The notes: a model not told the origin generated them from the sequence alone. Positions 48,460 through 57,573 are shown, counted from the first letter of the stretch. The stretch: DNA of 64,000 nucleotides from Candidatus Iainarchaeum sp. (GCA_016187745.1 JACPJC010000006.1:26747-90746); one strand, 5' to 3'. Translations and numbers: made by a program.

Positions 48460-48490
48460 AGGAAGGTATCGGAAACGTAGTTTCTGATGA
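48460..48490 (+). repeat. Type-1 30-nt element, copy d (between rpoE and spt4)
   Basis: aggaaggtatcggaaacgtagtttctgatga has one C-to-T change relative to the other copies. It is flanked by atgaaa on both sides. Confidence 0.75.
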
Positions 48491-48500
48491 AAGGTGTCTT

Positions 48501-48722
48501 ATGCAAAAAGGGAAGGCATGCAGGAGCTGCAGGAAAATAATTGAGGAAAGCAACACAGACAAATGCCCGAACTGCGGGAACAATGCGTTTACAACCTTCT
48601 GGAGAGGGTATGTTGTTGTAATCAATCCGGAAAACTCTGAGCTTGCAAAAAAAATGGGAATTTCCGCGGCGGGGAAATATGCGCTGCATATCAGCAGATG
48701 GATGAGGTTGAGGTTTCCGTGA
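48501..48722 (+). CDS. spt4: Transcription elongation factor Spt4 (RpoE'')
   Basis: CRSCRKIIEE...CPNCG zinc ribbon plus the ...AKKMGISAAGKYALHI NGN-binding domain. The 3' end overlaps rps24e by 25 nt. Confidence 0.8.
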   Translation: MQKGKACRSCRKIIEESNTDKCPNCGNNAFTTFWRGYVVVINPENSELAKKMGISAAGKYALHISRWMRLRFP

Positions 48723-49000
48723 AGGATTTGGAAAAAACCCCCTCAAGGCTTGAGCTCAAGAAGGAAATCGCGCACAAGCTTAATGCGCCCGAGGACTGCA
48801 TTGCGCTTGGGAGCATAAGCCAGCAATTCGGGTTTAAGGGGGCGGAATGCTCAGCGCATGTTTATGAGAGCAGGGAGAAATTGCAGAAAACAGAGCTGCA
48901 GCACAGGGCCGACAAGAGTTTTGGAATAAGCCGCTCAAAGGGAGCAAAGCAGGCCGCGAGCTCTGCAAAGGCCGAAGCTCCTGCGGAAGAAAAAAAGTGA
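48698..49000 (+). CDS. rps24e: Ribosomal protein S24e
   Basis: eS24 homology. Confidence 0.82.
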   Translation: MDEVEVSVKDLEKTPSRLELKKEIAHKLNAPEDCIALGSISQQFGFKGAECSAHVYESREKLQKTELQHRADKSFGISRSKGAKQAASSAKAEAPAEEKK

Positions 49001-49017
49001 AAAGGGAGTGACTGAAA

Positions 49018-49245
49018 ATGCCTGAAGCGCTTGAAGCAGAAGAGAAATCCAAAAAGCCAAAGAAGGAAGGGAAGCGCACAAAAAAGGCGCATAAGAAAAT
49101 GAAAAAAGGCTCTTATTATTCGGTTTCTTCTGAGAAGCTTGAGAGGAAAAAGCGCTTCTGCCCGAAATGCGGCCCCGGAACCTTCATGGCCGAGCACAAG
49201 AACAGGTTCGCATGCGGAAAGTGCGCATACACTGAATTCAAATGA
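49018..49245 (+). CDS. rps27ae: Ribosomal protein S27ae
   Basis: C4 zinc finger CPKCGPG...CGKC. Confidence 0.85.
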   Translation: MPEALEAEEKSKKPKKEGKRTKKAHKKMKKGSYYSVSSEKLERKKRFCPKCGPGTFMAEHKNRFACGKCAYTEFK

Positions 49246-49264
49246 AAGGGGATGAGCAGCCATA

Positions 49265-49810
49265 TTGAGGACATTGCTCTTGAACCTCCTGATTGATGCC
49301 ATATTAATTGGAATTCCCGCATTTTACTTCTATAAGTTCGGGAAGGCAAAAACCCTTAAAAAAATCCTTAAGGAATTCGGGCTGTTTTTCCGCTCAGGGA
49401 GGAAGGATGCTATTTCCTCGGCGCTGATTTTCATTGAGCTGTTTGCCGCCTCAATTGCAATTTCGCTTGCGCTTTCGGCATTCGGGCTTAATGACCTTGG
49501 AAATGTAACAAATGCAATTGAAACGGTAAAGAAAACAGCCCCTTTGCTGCTTATTTATATCTTTTTGGTGAGAATTCCGGCAGAAGAGCTGTTTTTCCGC
49601 TCATTTTTGACAAAAAGGCTTGGAATATGGCTTTCTTCGGCAATATTCGCCCTTGCGCATGTTTCTTACTATTCAACAGGGGAAGTGATTGGCGCTTTTA
49701 TCCTGGGGGCCATACTTGCCCATAATTTCAGGGCGAACAGGACAATAGTGCCTAATATTATAGCCCATATATTATATAATTTTATAATCATTATACTGGT
49801 ATTGGTGTAA
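49265..49810 (+). CDS. CPBP-family intramembrane metalloprotease (CAAX protease/Abi)
   Basis: EELFFRSF and FALAH motifs. Confidence 0.75.
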   Translation: MRTLLLNLLIDAILIGIPAFYFYKFGKAKTLKKILKEFGLFFRSGRKDAISSALIFIELFAASIAISLALSAFGLNDLGNVTNAIETVKKTAPLLLIYIFLVRIPAEELFFRSFLTKRLGIWLSSAIFALAHVSYYSTGEVIGAFILGAILAHNFRANRTIVPNIIAHILYNFIIIILVLV

Positions 49811-49812
49811 TT

Positions 49813-50448
49813 ATGTGCCTTATACTGCATATTTCCGGCAGGAAACAGCCCATGCTCATAAGGCTGGCTGCCTCGGCGCTTGATGAGGGGGCAATAGCAA
49901 TATTCCCAACAGAAACCTGCTATGGGATTGGGTGCGATGCGACTGATGAAACTGCAGTAAGGCGCATTTTTGAAATAAAAAAGCGCAATAAGAAAAAGGC
50001 GCTCCCTGTAATTGTAAATGACATCCAAACCGCGGAGCGATACTGCTACATAACACCAACTGCTGAACTCCTTGCAAAGAAGTTTATGCCCGGCCCTTTA
50101 ACCCTTGTTGTAAAGGCAAGGGGAAATCTGCCAAAAGCGCTTACCGCAAGTTCAGGGAAAATCGCTTTCCGCATTTCAAGCAACAAAATTGCGAATGCGC
50201 TTGCCAAGGAATTGGGAAAGCCGCTTGTTGCAACAAGCGCAAACCCCGGGGGAAAGGGGGAAATTTACTCGGGAAAGGAGGCAATTGAGAAATTCGCGCA
50301 GTGCGTTGACATAATAATTGATGCGGGCGCGCTCAAAAAAAGAAAGCCCAGCACAATCTATGACACGCTCAGCAATAAAATCCTTCGCGCGGGGGAAATC
50401 AGCGGCGGGCGCATAAACAAGGCGCTTAAAACAGCAACTAATAAATAG
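49813..50448 (+). CDS. Threonylcarbamoyl-AMP synthase (Sua5/YrdC/TsaC)
   Basis: YrdC domain (AIFPTETCYGIGCDA, KPLVATSAN). Confidence 0.85.
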   Translation: MCLILHISGRKQPMLIRLAASALDEGAIAIFPTETCYGIGCDATDETAVRRIFEIKKRNKKKALPVIVNDIQTAERYCYITPTAELLAKKFMPGPLTLVVKARGNLPKALTASSGKIAFRISSNKIANALAKELGKPLVATSANPGGKGEIYSGKEAIEKFAQCVDIIIDAGALKKRKPSTIYDTLSNKILRAGEISGGRINKALKTATNK

Positions 50449-50480
50449 TGCTTTGGGAGTAATTCTATTGGCGTGGAAAC

Positions 50481-50810
50481 ATGGGCGGATTGAAAATCAG
50501 CAAGCGGGGCAATGTTGTGGGCCTGAATCCATTATTGAAAAATCAGCCGAAGGCCGTGCAGCGAAGCATATTGAAAGCCGCCCTGGATGACCTTGTTGCG
50601 GAGCGCGCAAAAATCAGCCGCCAGATAATAAAAAACAAAAATGCCAAAATTGTTGTCAGAAGCCCGAATATGGTTTTTGAGGAAAGCAGCAGGGTAATTA
50701 AGGGGAATAAAAGAACCATTAAAACCCCCATGTTTGTTGAAGGGCGGCTTACCGGGAAGCTGCATGTCAGTACGGCAATAAACAACCTCAGGAAGCAAAT
50801 CAAGAAATAG
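50481..50810 (+). CDS. Hypothetical protein
   Basis: 109-aa basic ORF. Confidence 0.35.
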   Translation: MGGLKISKRGNVVGLNPLLKNQPKAVQRSILKAALDDLVAERAKISRQIIKNKNAKIVVRSPNMVFEESSRVIKGNKRTIKTPMFVEGRLTGKLHVSTAINNLRKQIKK

Positions 50811-50830
50811 CCCTTTGCGCCGATTATGCT

Positions 50831-51016
50831 ATGAAACTTAATTTTATAAGGGAGTTCAGGGGCTTTTTGCGGAAGCGCAGGCAGGAAAAGCAGATGCTTG
50901 CGTGGAGAGCGCAGCAGAAGGCTATTGAAGATTCCTTGAGAAAAGAAATGCAAAAGCCGAATTCGCCTGAGCGCAACAAAAGGATAGCTGAACTCAGACA
51001 AAGACTTCTTCAGTGA
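50831..51016 (+). CDS. Hypothetical small protein
   Basis: 61-aa helical/basic ORF. Confidence 0.25.
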   Translation: MKLNFIREFRGFLRKRRQEKQMLAWRAQQKAIEDSLRKEMQKPNSPERNKRIAELRQRLLQ

Positions 51017-51067
51017 TTTTTCATTCTTGTTTTTAATCTATTTGACTCCCAATTATTCTGTGGTTGC

Positions 51068-52060
51068 ATGATTGCCCTTGGGATTGAAAGCACTGCGCAT
51101 ACGTTCGGCTGCGGGATTGTTTCTGATTCCGGCGGAAAATGCAATATCCTCGCAAACGAGAAGTCCGCCTACACTACACAATCCGGGGGAATACATCCGA
51201 AGGAAGCGATGGAGCACCATCTGAAAAATGCAAAAAGCGTAATTGAAAATGCATTGCGCACTGCAAAAACTGATTGGAATGGAATTGATTTAATTTCCTT
51301 TTCCCAGGGTCCGGGCCTTGGACCCTGCCTGCGAGTTGGCGCAATTGCCGCGCGCGCTCTTGCGCTCAGATACAAAAAGCCCTTGCTGGGAGTTAATCAC
51401 TGCATTGCGCATATTGAAATAGGAAAGGCGCTTACGCAGGCAAAAAACCCGATAATCGTTTATGTTTCGGGCGCAAACACACAAATTACTGGCTATGAAT
51501 CAGGGTGCTACAGGATTTATGGGGAAACCCTTGACATTGGCGTTGGGAACCTTCTTGATGTTTTTGGAAGGGCGCTTGGGATTGGATTTCCTGCAGGCCC
51601 GCAATTGGATAAGATGTATTTTGAATCTCAGAACTATATTGCGTTTCCATACACGGTAAAGGGGATGGATTTGACTTTTTCAGGGCTGCTTACGGCTGCT
51701 GAAAATAAGGCAAAATCAAAGCAGTATGGAAATGCGGATCTTGCTTATTCCCTGCTGCACACTGCTTTTGCAATGGTAACAGAAGTGGCTGAAAGGGCGC
51801 TTGCGCATACTGAGAAAAATGAAATTCTTCTTACAGGGGGAGTTGCTGCAAGCCGCGCGCTTCAGCAAATGATGCAGAAGATGTGCGATGCGAGGAATGC
51901 AAAAATGTTTGTTCCGCCTGCATCAGTGGCAACGGACAATGCAGCAATGATTGCATGGCTTGGCTTGATTGAGCATAAGGCAGGCATCAAACAAAAAATT
52001 GGGGATACAAAAATCCTCCCTATGCAGCGCACGGACCAGGTGGAAGTGAAGTGGGCCTGA
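51068..52060 (+). CDS. kae1: tRNA N6-adenosine threonylcarbamoyltransferase Kae1
   Basis: MIALGIESTAHTFGCGIV with HxxH metal motifs. ASKHA fold. Confidence 0.9.
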   Translation: MIALGIESTAHTFGCGIVSDSGGKCNILANEKSAYTTQSGGIHPKEAMEHHLKNAKSVIENALRTAKTDWNGIDLISFSQGPGLGPCLRVGAIAARALALRYKKPLLGVNHCIAHIEIGKALTQAKNPIIVYVSGANTQITGYESGCYRIYGETLDIGVGNLLDVFGRALGIGFPAGPQLDKMYFESQNYIAFPYTVKGMDLTFSGLLTAAENKAKSKQYGNADLAYSLLHTAFAMVTEVAERALAHTEKNEILLTGGVAASRALQQMMQKMCDARNAKMFVPPASVATDNAAMIAWLGLIEHKAGIKQKIGDTKILPMQRTDQVEVKWA

Positions 52061-52061
52061 A

Positions 52062-52553
52062 TCATTCCCTGAATTTCTTCTTCAGCGCAAGTGCCACATT
52101 CTTCGGCACTAAATTGCCGAATTTCCCGCGCAGGTGCGCCAGTTCCTTTATGAGCGTGGAATTTAAATAGAAGTATTCCGGGGAGGTCATTATGAAAACT
52201 GTTTCAATCCCGTTGTTTGCTAATTTGCGGTTCACAATCGCCTGCTGGAACTCATATTCAAAATCCGAAATGGCGCGCAGCCCCCTGATTATGATTTTCG
52301 CGTTTTTCCTTTTTAAGTAATCCACAAGCAGCCCGGAAAATGAATCCACTTCGGCATTGCTTATTTTTCCCGTGGCATCCTTCGCCATTTTCAGCCTTTC
52401 ATCCTTCGAGAAGAAGCAGTGCTTTTTTTGGGGGTTGTCTACGACTGCAATTATTACCTTGTCAAAAAGCGCAAGCGAACGCTTAATCACGTCCATATGG
52501 CCCAGCGTTATTGGGTCAAATGTTCCGGGATAGACCGCAATCCTTTCCTTCAT
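52062..52553 (-). CDS. coaD: Phosphopantetheine adenylyltransferase, bacterial type (CoaD)
   Basis: VYPGTFDPITLGHMDVI and ISDFEYE motifs. Confidence 0.85.
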   Translation of the reverse strand: MKERIAVYPGTFDPITLGHMDVIKRSLALFDKVIIAVVDNPQKKHCFFSKDERLKMAKDATGKISNAEVDSFSGLLVDYLKRKNAKIIIRGLRAISDFEYEFQQAIVNRKLANNGIETVFIMTSPEYFYLNSTLIKELAHLRGKFGNLVPKNVALALKKKFRE

Positions 52554-53140
52554 TTCATTCCCCCTATGATTGCCGCCAGTGCCTTTGCCTGTTCTTTTGT
52601 TCTTTCCAGGGCCCCATCATTATCTATTACACAATCAGCCATTTTAATCTTTTCATTAAGCGGCATTTGCGAGGAAATGCGCGCAAGCGCTTCTTTCCTG
52701 CTAAAGCCCTTGCGCATCAGCCTTTTTATTTGGGTTTCCCTGCCTGCATTCACTACAACAACCAAATCGCACAAATCCTGCAATTTTGCTTCCAAGAGAA
52801 GCGGGGCATCAATAATTGCAATTTCTGATTTTGAATTTTTTATCCGCTTTTTGATTTCCGCAATTACAAAGGGATGCACTGCGGAATTTAATTTTTTAAG
52901 CGCAGTTTTATTTTTGAAAACAATCGCTGAAAGTTTTTGGCTGTTAATGGCCTTGTTTTTGTTCAGGATTTCTGCGCCGAATATCCTTGCGATCTTCTTA
53001 TATGCCGGCTTGCCGATGCGCATTTCCCCTTTTGCAATTTTATCAGCATCCAAAATTGCCGCATGCGCATATTTGGACAGCATTCTTGCAACAGTTGTCT
53101 TGCCGCAGGCGATTCCGGAGGTCAGGCCGATGACAAGCAT
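52550..53140 (-). CDS. coaE: Dephospho-CoA kinase, bacterial type (CoaE)
   Basis: P-loop GLTSGIACGKTT. Start overlaps the coaD stop. Confidence 0.82.
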   Translation of the reverse strand: MLVIGLTSGIACGKTTVARMLSKYAHAAILDADKIAKGEMRIGKPAYKKIARIFGAEILNKNKAINSQKLSAIVFKNKTALKKLNSAVHPFVIAEIKKRIKNSKSEIAIIDAPLLLEAKLQDLCDLVVVVNAGRETQIKRLMRKGFSRKEALARISSQMPLNEKIKMADCVIDNDGALERTKEQAKALAAIIGGMK

Positions 53141-53146
53141 TTGCGC

Positions 53147-54289
53147 TCAGCGCCCGTAGGTCTTTTTCTTATAGCTCCACTTGCTCTTTCCGAGCGCTTC
53201 CTTTTCAAGCTTTCTCATTGCACCTTGAACAGCAGAAAGCAGATTCCAGTCCGCATCTGTCGCAACAAGCGTGAGCCCGGGGGCGGAGAAATGCGCATGC
53301 ACCTCGTATTTTGTCCTGCCGAACTGCGCTGAATATTCCTTGAACTGGATGTTCAATGAAAGGATGCTCTGCACAACCCTCTGCAGCTTGTCATAGGCTT
53401 CATTCACTGAATTGTTGAGCGTGTGCATATCTATCTCGTCAATTTTTGGCATGCTTATGAATTGAATATTGCGCTTTTCCTGCTTCTGCGCAGCGGCCTG
53501 CTTGAGCAAATCCCTTATTGTTATTATCCCGACGGGCCTGTCATTTTCAACAAGCACAATATCGGGCAGGGAATGCTGCTCCATGAGCTGCATTATCCTT
53601 GAGAGGCTGTCCTTTTTTCCTGCTGTAACGACAACATCGGACATTTCGCCAGCAATCGGCAGGTCAAGCATGCTTGCGTGCTCCGGGGAAAAGCTTGAGG
53701 AAGCCGACCTTCCCCTTGAAACTGAAGCGCCCTTCCTGTTGACGGGCTTAAGGAGATATTTTTCCACAATATCGCGGAAGCTTAAAATTCCGGAAAGCCT
53801 GCCTTTTGTGCTCATTGCCTTCGCAATTGTGTCCCTTTCATTAAGCAGAATCGGATTCAGCGTTGCAATCTGCTGCGCCTGCATATTCGCAATTTCATTC
53901 ACTGCGCGCAATTCATTAATTACATCAAGCGCATGCACCACCCCTATTACTCTGCCATCCTTCGCAACAGGAAGCATGCGCGTTTCAGAAGTGAGCATCA
54001 GCTTTACAATCCTTTCAATGCCATCGCTTTCAGAAAGCGCAGGGCATTTTTCTATTACTTTCTGTATTTTCATTTTTGCAACATCAATTTTTGTCTTAAA
54101 AAGCCTGCGCTTTGTGACTATCCCGCAGTAGGTTCCATCAGATACAACAGCGCCTTCGGCTTTGCTCTCCTTCATTTTTCCTATGAGCTTTGAAATCGGC
54201 GCATCCTCCGAAAGGTTTATGAAATCGTTTTTCATCAGATTTGCGGCAGTAATATTATTAAACGCCATTCTCCCACCTCCCAACTCCAT
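53147..54289 (-). CDS. CBS-domain (x4) protein with C-terminal HPF/RaiA-like domain
   Basis: Four CBS repeats. The C-terminal approx. 95 aa (...KYEVHAHFSAPGLTLVATDADWNLLSAVQGAMRKLEKEALGK) resemble the ribosome hibernation factor fold. Confidence 0.55.
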   Translation of the reverse strand: MELGGGRMAFNNITAANLMKNDFINLSEDAPISKLIGKMKESKAEGAVVSDGTYCGIVTKRRLFKTKIDVAKMKIQKVIEKCPALSESDGIERIVKLMLTSETRMLPVAKDGRVIGVVHALDVINELRAVNEIANMQAQQIATLNPILLNERDTIAKAMSTKGRLSGILSFRDIVEKYLLKPVNRKGASVSRGRSASSSFSPEHASMLDLPIAGEMSDVVVTAGKKDSLSRIMQLMEQHSLPDIVLVENDRPVGIITIRDLLKQAAAQKQEKRNIQFISMPKIDEIDMHTLNNSVNEAYDKLQRVVQSILSLNIQFKEYSAQFGRTKYEVHAHFSAPGLTLVATDADWNLLSAVQGAMRKLEKEALGKSKWSYKKKTYGR

Positions 54290-54356
54290 TGCACTCCATA
54301 TAATAGAAAAGAATGTAATTTAAGGTTTTGGTTCAACAATTGTTTTAAGAACTTAT

Positions 54357-54932
54357 ATGCAGATAAAAGCAGCAAACAAGCCTATTGCAAGGCATTTAAT
54401 AACGCATGCAGCGGATTGGGCAAAAGGAGATATGTATAATCGCGGCCGCCTGCAAAGGCTGAAAAAAATAATGAAGTTCGGAAAGCCCTACATAAACAGC
54501 TTCCCTGAGAGAGAAATCAAGAATCTCAAAATGGGCATAGTCAGGGGCGGCGCTGAATCGCCTGTTGGAATAGGGATTTCTTATCCTTCCGGCAGATTTA
54601 TCGCAAAATTGCTTATGGGCTTTGGAAAAGAAACCTTCACTATATATGCTGTTAAAGGAGAGCAAAATGCAGAGGAAATGCGCGCTGCTGTCGGAACGCT
54701 GGGAAAGCCATGGGGGGAACTCTTAATGGAAGAAGCATTAAAACATGCGAAGGCATTGGGACTTAAAAGGGCAGAACTTCTTGACCCCCTGCACAACCCC
54801 GAAATACATTGGAGCTGGCTGGATAAAAAACAGAAAGATGCACTAATAAACTTTTACAGCAAATTGAGGGATAAGTTTGATTTCAAAGAGGCAAAGGGTT
54901 CACCGTACTGGACCAAATCATTGGCTGATTGA
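54357..54932 (+). CDS. Hypothetical protein
   Basis: 191-aa ORF with no recognised family. Confidence 0.4.
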   Translation: MQIKAANKPIARHLITHAADWAKGDMYNRGRLQRLKKIMKFGKPYINSFPEREIKNLKMGIVRGGAESPVGIGISYPSGRFIAKLLMGFGKETFTIYAVKGEQNAEEMRAAVGTLGKPWGELLMEEALKHAKALGLKRAELLDPLHNPEIHWSWLDKKQKDALINFYSKLRDKFDFKEAKGSPYWTKSLAD

Positions 54933-55580
54933 TTATTGCCCAGGCTTGTAAGCGGCCTTTTTGCACACGGCATTGAACCTGCACGCAGCGCACTTCCATT
55001 TCTCATCCGCCGCGGAGAAATCAGCATTTCCCGAGAAGAGCGCATGCATGCGCGAAATAAGCCCCTCAGCTGCAAGCTTTGCGTCCTCATTGAACCGCTC
55101 CGCGAAAACGAATTTCTGAGATTCTGAATTCTGGACCGCATTGCAGATTTCCCCTTCCCATCTGTAGGCATCGGAAAAGCACAGGCAATATGCGCGCAGC
55201 TGGTTTATGTCTGCAGCCTTTGCGCTCAGGGAGGGCTTGTTGTCTATTATGAGGGCGCGCTCCCTGAACAGCTGGATTTCATCAATTTTTCCGGTTAGCC
55301 TGTATTTTTCGGATTTTAGTGAAAACTCGCGCATGCTGAAGGGCTCAATTTCCCCGCGGAGCAACTTATTTATGTGAGTTTCAATAGGCTCCTCTATCGG
55401 GGCTGCCTTTTCCCTGAAAGCCTGCTCAAGCTCCGCGTGCTTCTGCAGGCCTGAAAGCATTTCTTTTGTCGCCGGCAATTTTATGCGCAGGACATGCTGA
55501 AGGTAAAGCTGATACTCGCAGAAATCCTGCGTGTGAAGCCAGCTTATGGGGATTAAATCGCGCTTTATGAGCTCAAACAT
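54933..55580 (-). CDS. Cas4-like/DUF83 PD-(D/E)XK nuclease with Fe-S Cys cluster (stand-alone)
   Basis: N-terminal Cys in WLHTQDFCEYQLYL (as in Cas4 YCPR-type motifs). The C-terminal CAACRFNAVC gives the C...CxxCxxxxxC pattern. Central D/E-x-K region. Confidence 0.6.
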   Translation of the reverse strand: MFELIKRDLIPISWLHTQDFCEYQLYLQHVLRIKLPATKEMLSGLQKHAELEQAFREKAAPIEEPIETHINKLLRGEIEPFSMREFSLKSEKYRLTGKIDEIQLFRERALIIDNKPSLSAKAADINQLRAYCLCFSDAYRWEGEICNAVQNSESQKFVFAERFNEDAKLAAEGLISRMHALFSGNADFSAADEKWKCAACRFNAVCKKAAYKPGQ

Positions 55581-55635
55581 GTAAGAATTGGGGAAAATCC
55601 GTTTATATTGATTTGGATAGCAGACCGCCGCTGAA

Positions 55636-56967
55636 TTATCTGTTAATTATCCTATAAATCGGATATCCAAGCGCAACGACAACCAGCCCGAAAATTATTA
55701 TCGGGATGTCATAGCCCAATATGTGCACAACCTCAATGAACTGGAAGAGCATGAAGAAGCAGAAGAGCGCTCCCAAAAAGGAAAGCACTGGGAATTTTCC
55801 AATGCTGATTGGCGCTTTAAAGGTGCGCTTTGCATTGGGCTTGGAATAGCGGAGCAGGACAACTGCTGCATTCACCGCAAGGAATACCACAAAAACCCCG
55901 AAATCAGTAATGGAGGCGACAACGCCGATTTTCCCAAGGAGCGTGAAAAGCATTGCAAAAACAGCGCTCAGCGCAATAGCAATATGCGGAGTCTTTCTCC
56001 CGTCATGGACTTTTGCAAGCCATTTTGGAAGGGAACTTTCGGAAGCCATCCCATAGAGCATGCGGCTAGTTACAATAAGCAGAATCAGCACCGTGTTTGC
56101 TGTTGCAAACAATGCCATTACCGCAAGCAGGAAGTAGGCGGAACCCCCGAATGATTTTTCAGCAACCGTTGCTAAGGGGGCATTACTCTGGGAAAGCTCA
56201 TTCCAGGGAACAGCGCTTACTGCGGCAATGGAAACAAGGATGTAAATTACAGTGCTTATTGCAAGCGCAATCAGCAGGGCTTTGGGAATTGTTTTCTTTG
56301 CGTTTTTGGTTTCCTCGGACATGTTTGCCATTTCCTCGAAGCCGAGGTATGCGAAAAATATTATTGCAGTTGCGGCAAGGATTGTGGAGAAGAACTCAAG
56401 GCTGAAGGGAAGCGCGTTTCCCGGAACCTCAAGATAATTCACATTTCCGAAGAATGAAACCCCCAGTGCAATTATTATCAGCAGGCCTAGCATCTCAACT
56501 GCTGTTGCAACAATGTTGAATCTTGCTGATTCCTTTATTCCCCAGAAATTCAGGAGGGAAAGAACGGCAATAAGTGCAAGCGCATTCAGTATTTGGGGAG
56601 TTCCAAAAATAGCCTGGAAGTAGCCCCCGAAGCCCAGCGCAACCGTGGAAACCGAAACAATTCCCGTAACAATTCCGACCCAACCGATAATGAATGCGAG
56701 GGACTTTTTCCTTGTGGCCTCCTTCACATAAACAAATTCTGCCGCCTCCTTTGAAAACATTCCTGAAAGCTCGGCATAGCTGAAGGCCGTAAAGCTGGCA
56801 ATTATTGCTGCAACTACAAAAGAAAGCCAGATTGCATTGCCCGCAATCCCTGCTGCGTGCCCTATGAGCGCATAAATCCCTGCGCCCAGAATAATGCCTA
56901 CCCCATAAGCAGTAGCCTCAAACAGGCCCAATGCCTTCTTCAGCTTTACTTCCTTTTTGAGCTTCAT
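55636..56967 (-). CDS. Amino acid/polyamine APC-family permease
   Basis: 12-TM APC transporter homology. Confidence 0.8.
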   Translation of the reverse strand: MKLKKEVKLKKALGLFEATAYGVGIILGAGIYALIGHAAGIAGNAIWLSFVVAAIIASFTAFSYAELSGMFSKEAAEFVYVKEATRKKSLAFIIGWVGIVTGIVSVSTVALGFGGYFQAIFGTPQILNALALIAVLSLLNFWGIKESARFNIVATAVEMLGLLIIIALGVSFFGNVNYLEVPGNALPFSLEFFSTILAATAIIFFAYLGFEEMANMSEETKNAKKTIPKALLIALAISTVIYILVSIAAVSAVPWNELSQSNAPLATVAEKSFGGSAYFLLAVMALFATANTVLILLIVTSRMLYGMASESSLPKWLAKVHDGRKTPHIAIALSAVFAMLFTLLGKIGVVASITDFGVFVVFLAVNAAVVLLRYSKPNAKRTFKAPISIGKFPVLSFLGALFCFFMLFQFIEVVHILGYDIPIIIFGLVVVALGYPIYRIINR

Positions 56968-56972
56968 TCAAA

Positions 56973-57335
56973 TCAGCGCTTTTTCTTTTTTCTGCTCTTT
57001 TTAACCGCGCCTTTTATTCCGGAGCGCTTCTGCTTGAGGAGCTCAGTGAAATGCGCTATGCGGTTGTATGTGTAGATTATTGCAACAACAAGCACGGCAA
57101 AGCCTGCATATTCAAGGATGCTTGGAATTCCCTTCGGGAGAAGGTTTATTTCAGGGTCAAAATAGACTATTATTGCCGCAACAAGCACAAAAACAAGCGC
57201 GAGTTCAACAGCAGCAAGAAGCACAACGCTCTTGTCCTCTTTCACATGGCGCAGCTTTGATTTCGCGCCTTCAATCGCATATTCGGTTCCCTTTCCGCCC
57301 AGGGATTCCTTAAGCGCCCTTAATTTCCTTCCCAT
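56973..57335 (-). CDS. Small membrane protein with basic C-terminal tail
   Basis: Two TM helices. KKSRKKKKR tail. Confidence 0.45.
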   Translation of the reverse strand: MGRKLRALKESLGGKGTEYAIEGAKSKLRHVKEDKSVVLLAAVELALVFVLVAAIIVYFDPEINLLPKGIPSILEYAGFAVLVVAIIYTYNRIAHFTELLKQKRSGIKGAVKKSRKKKKR

Positions 57336-57531
57336 GATCTAAATAAATCAACTAACTTATAAATAAGGATTTTGGTGGGATTTGGCTTATTTTTGAGCTT
57401 TGTACTATTTAGAATTTGTACCAAAATCGCTTTATAAAGCCTCAAATGCTGTTTAATATAATAACTTCCCAAACACAAGGCCTGGGCGCATGCTCAGGTT
57501 TTGTGCACCCTCACAAAAGAATGATGTTTGA

Positions 57532-57573
57532 GAAGAAAGGCCCCGAAGCCTTTCTTCCATCCTATTTTTTTAA
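57532..57573 (+). terminator. Strong hairpin GAAGAAAGGC-cccgaa-GCCTTTCTTC plus T7 tract inside a 274-nt non-coding region
   Basis: Perfect 10-bp stem followed by catcctattttttt. Confidence 0.5.

Noticed and set aside
14568-48490. CRISPR array or spacers, given the near-identical 30-mers
   Set aside because: The copies are dispersed tens of kb apart rather than arrayed with regular spacers. The only cas-like gene is a solo Cas4-like nuclease.
48445-48500. Possible C/D-box sRNA around type-1 copy d (CUGAUGA and CUGA present)
   Set aside because: Only a single weak C-like box and one CUGA are present. No C'/D' pair, no K-turn spacing, and no other copy of the element has the boxes. The repeat-element interpretation is preferred.
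52419-53159. 246-aa plus-strand ORF overlapping coaD and coaE
   Set aside because: It lies antisense to two genes with clear catalytic motifs and has no homology signal.
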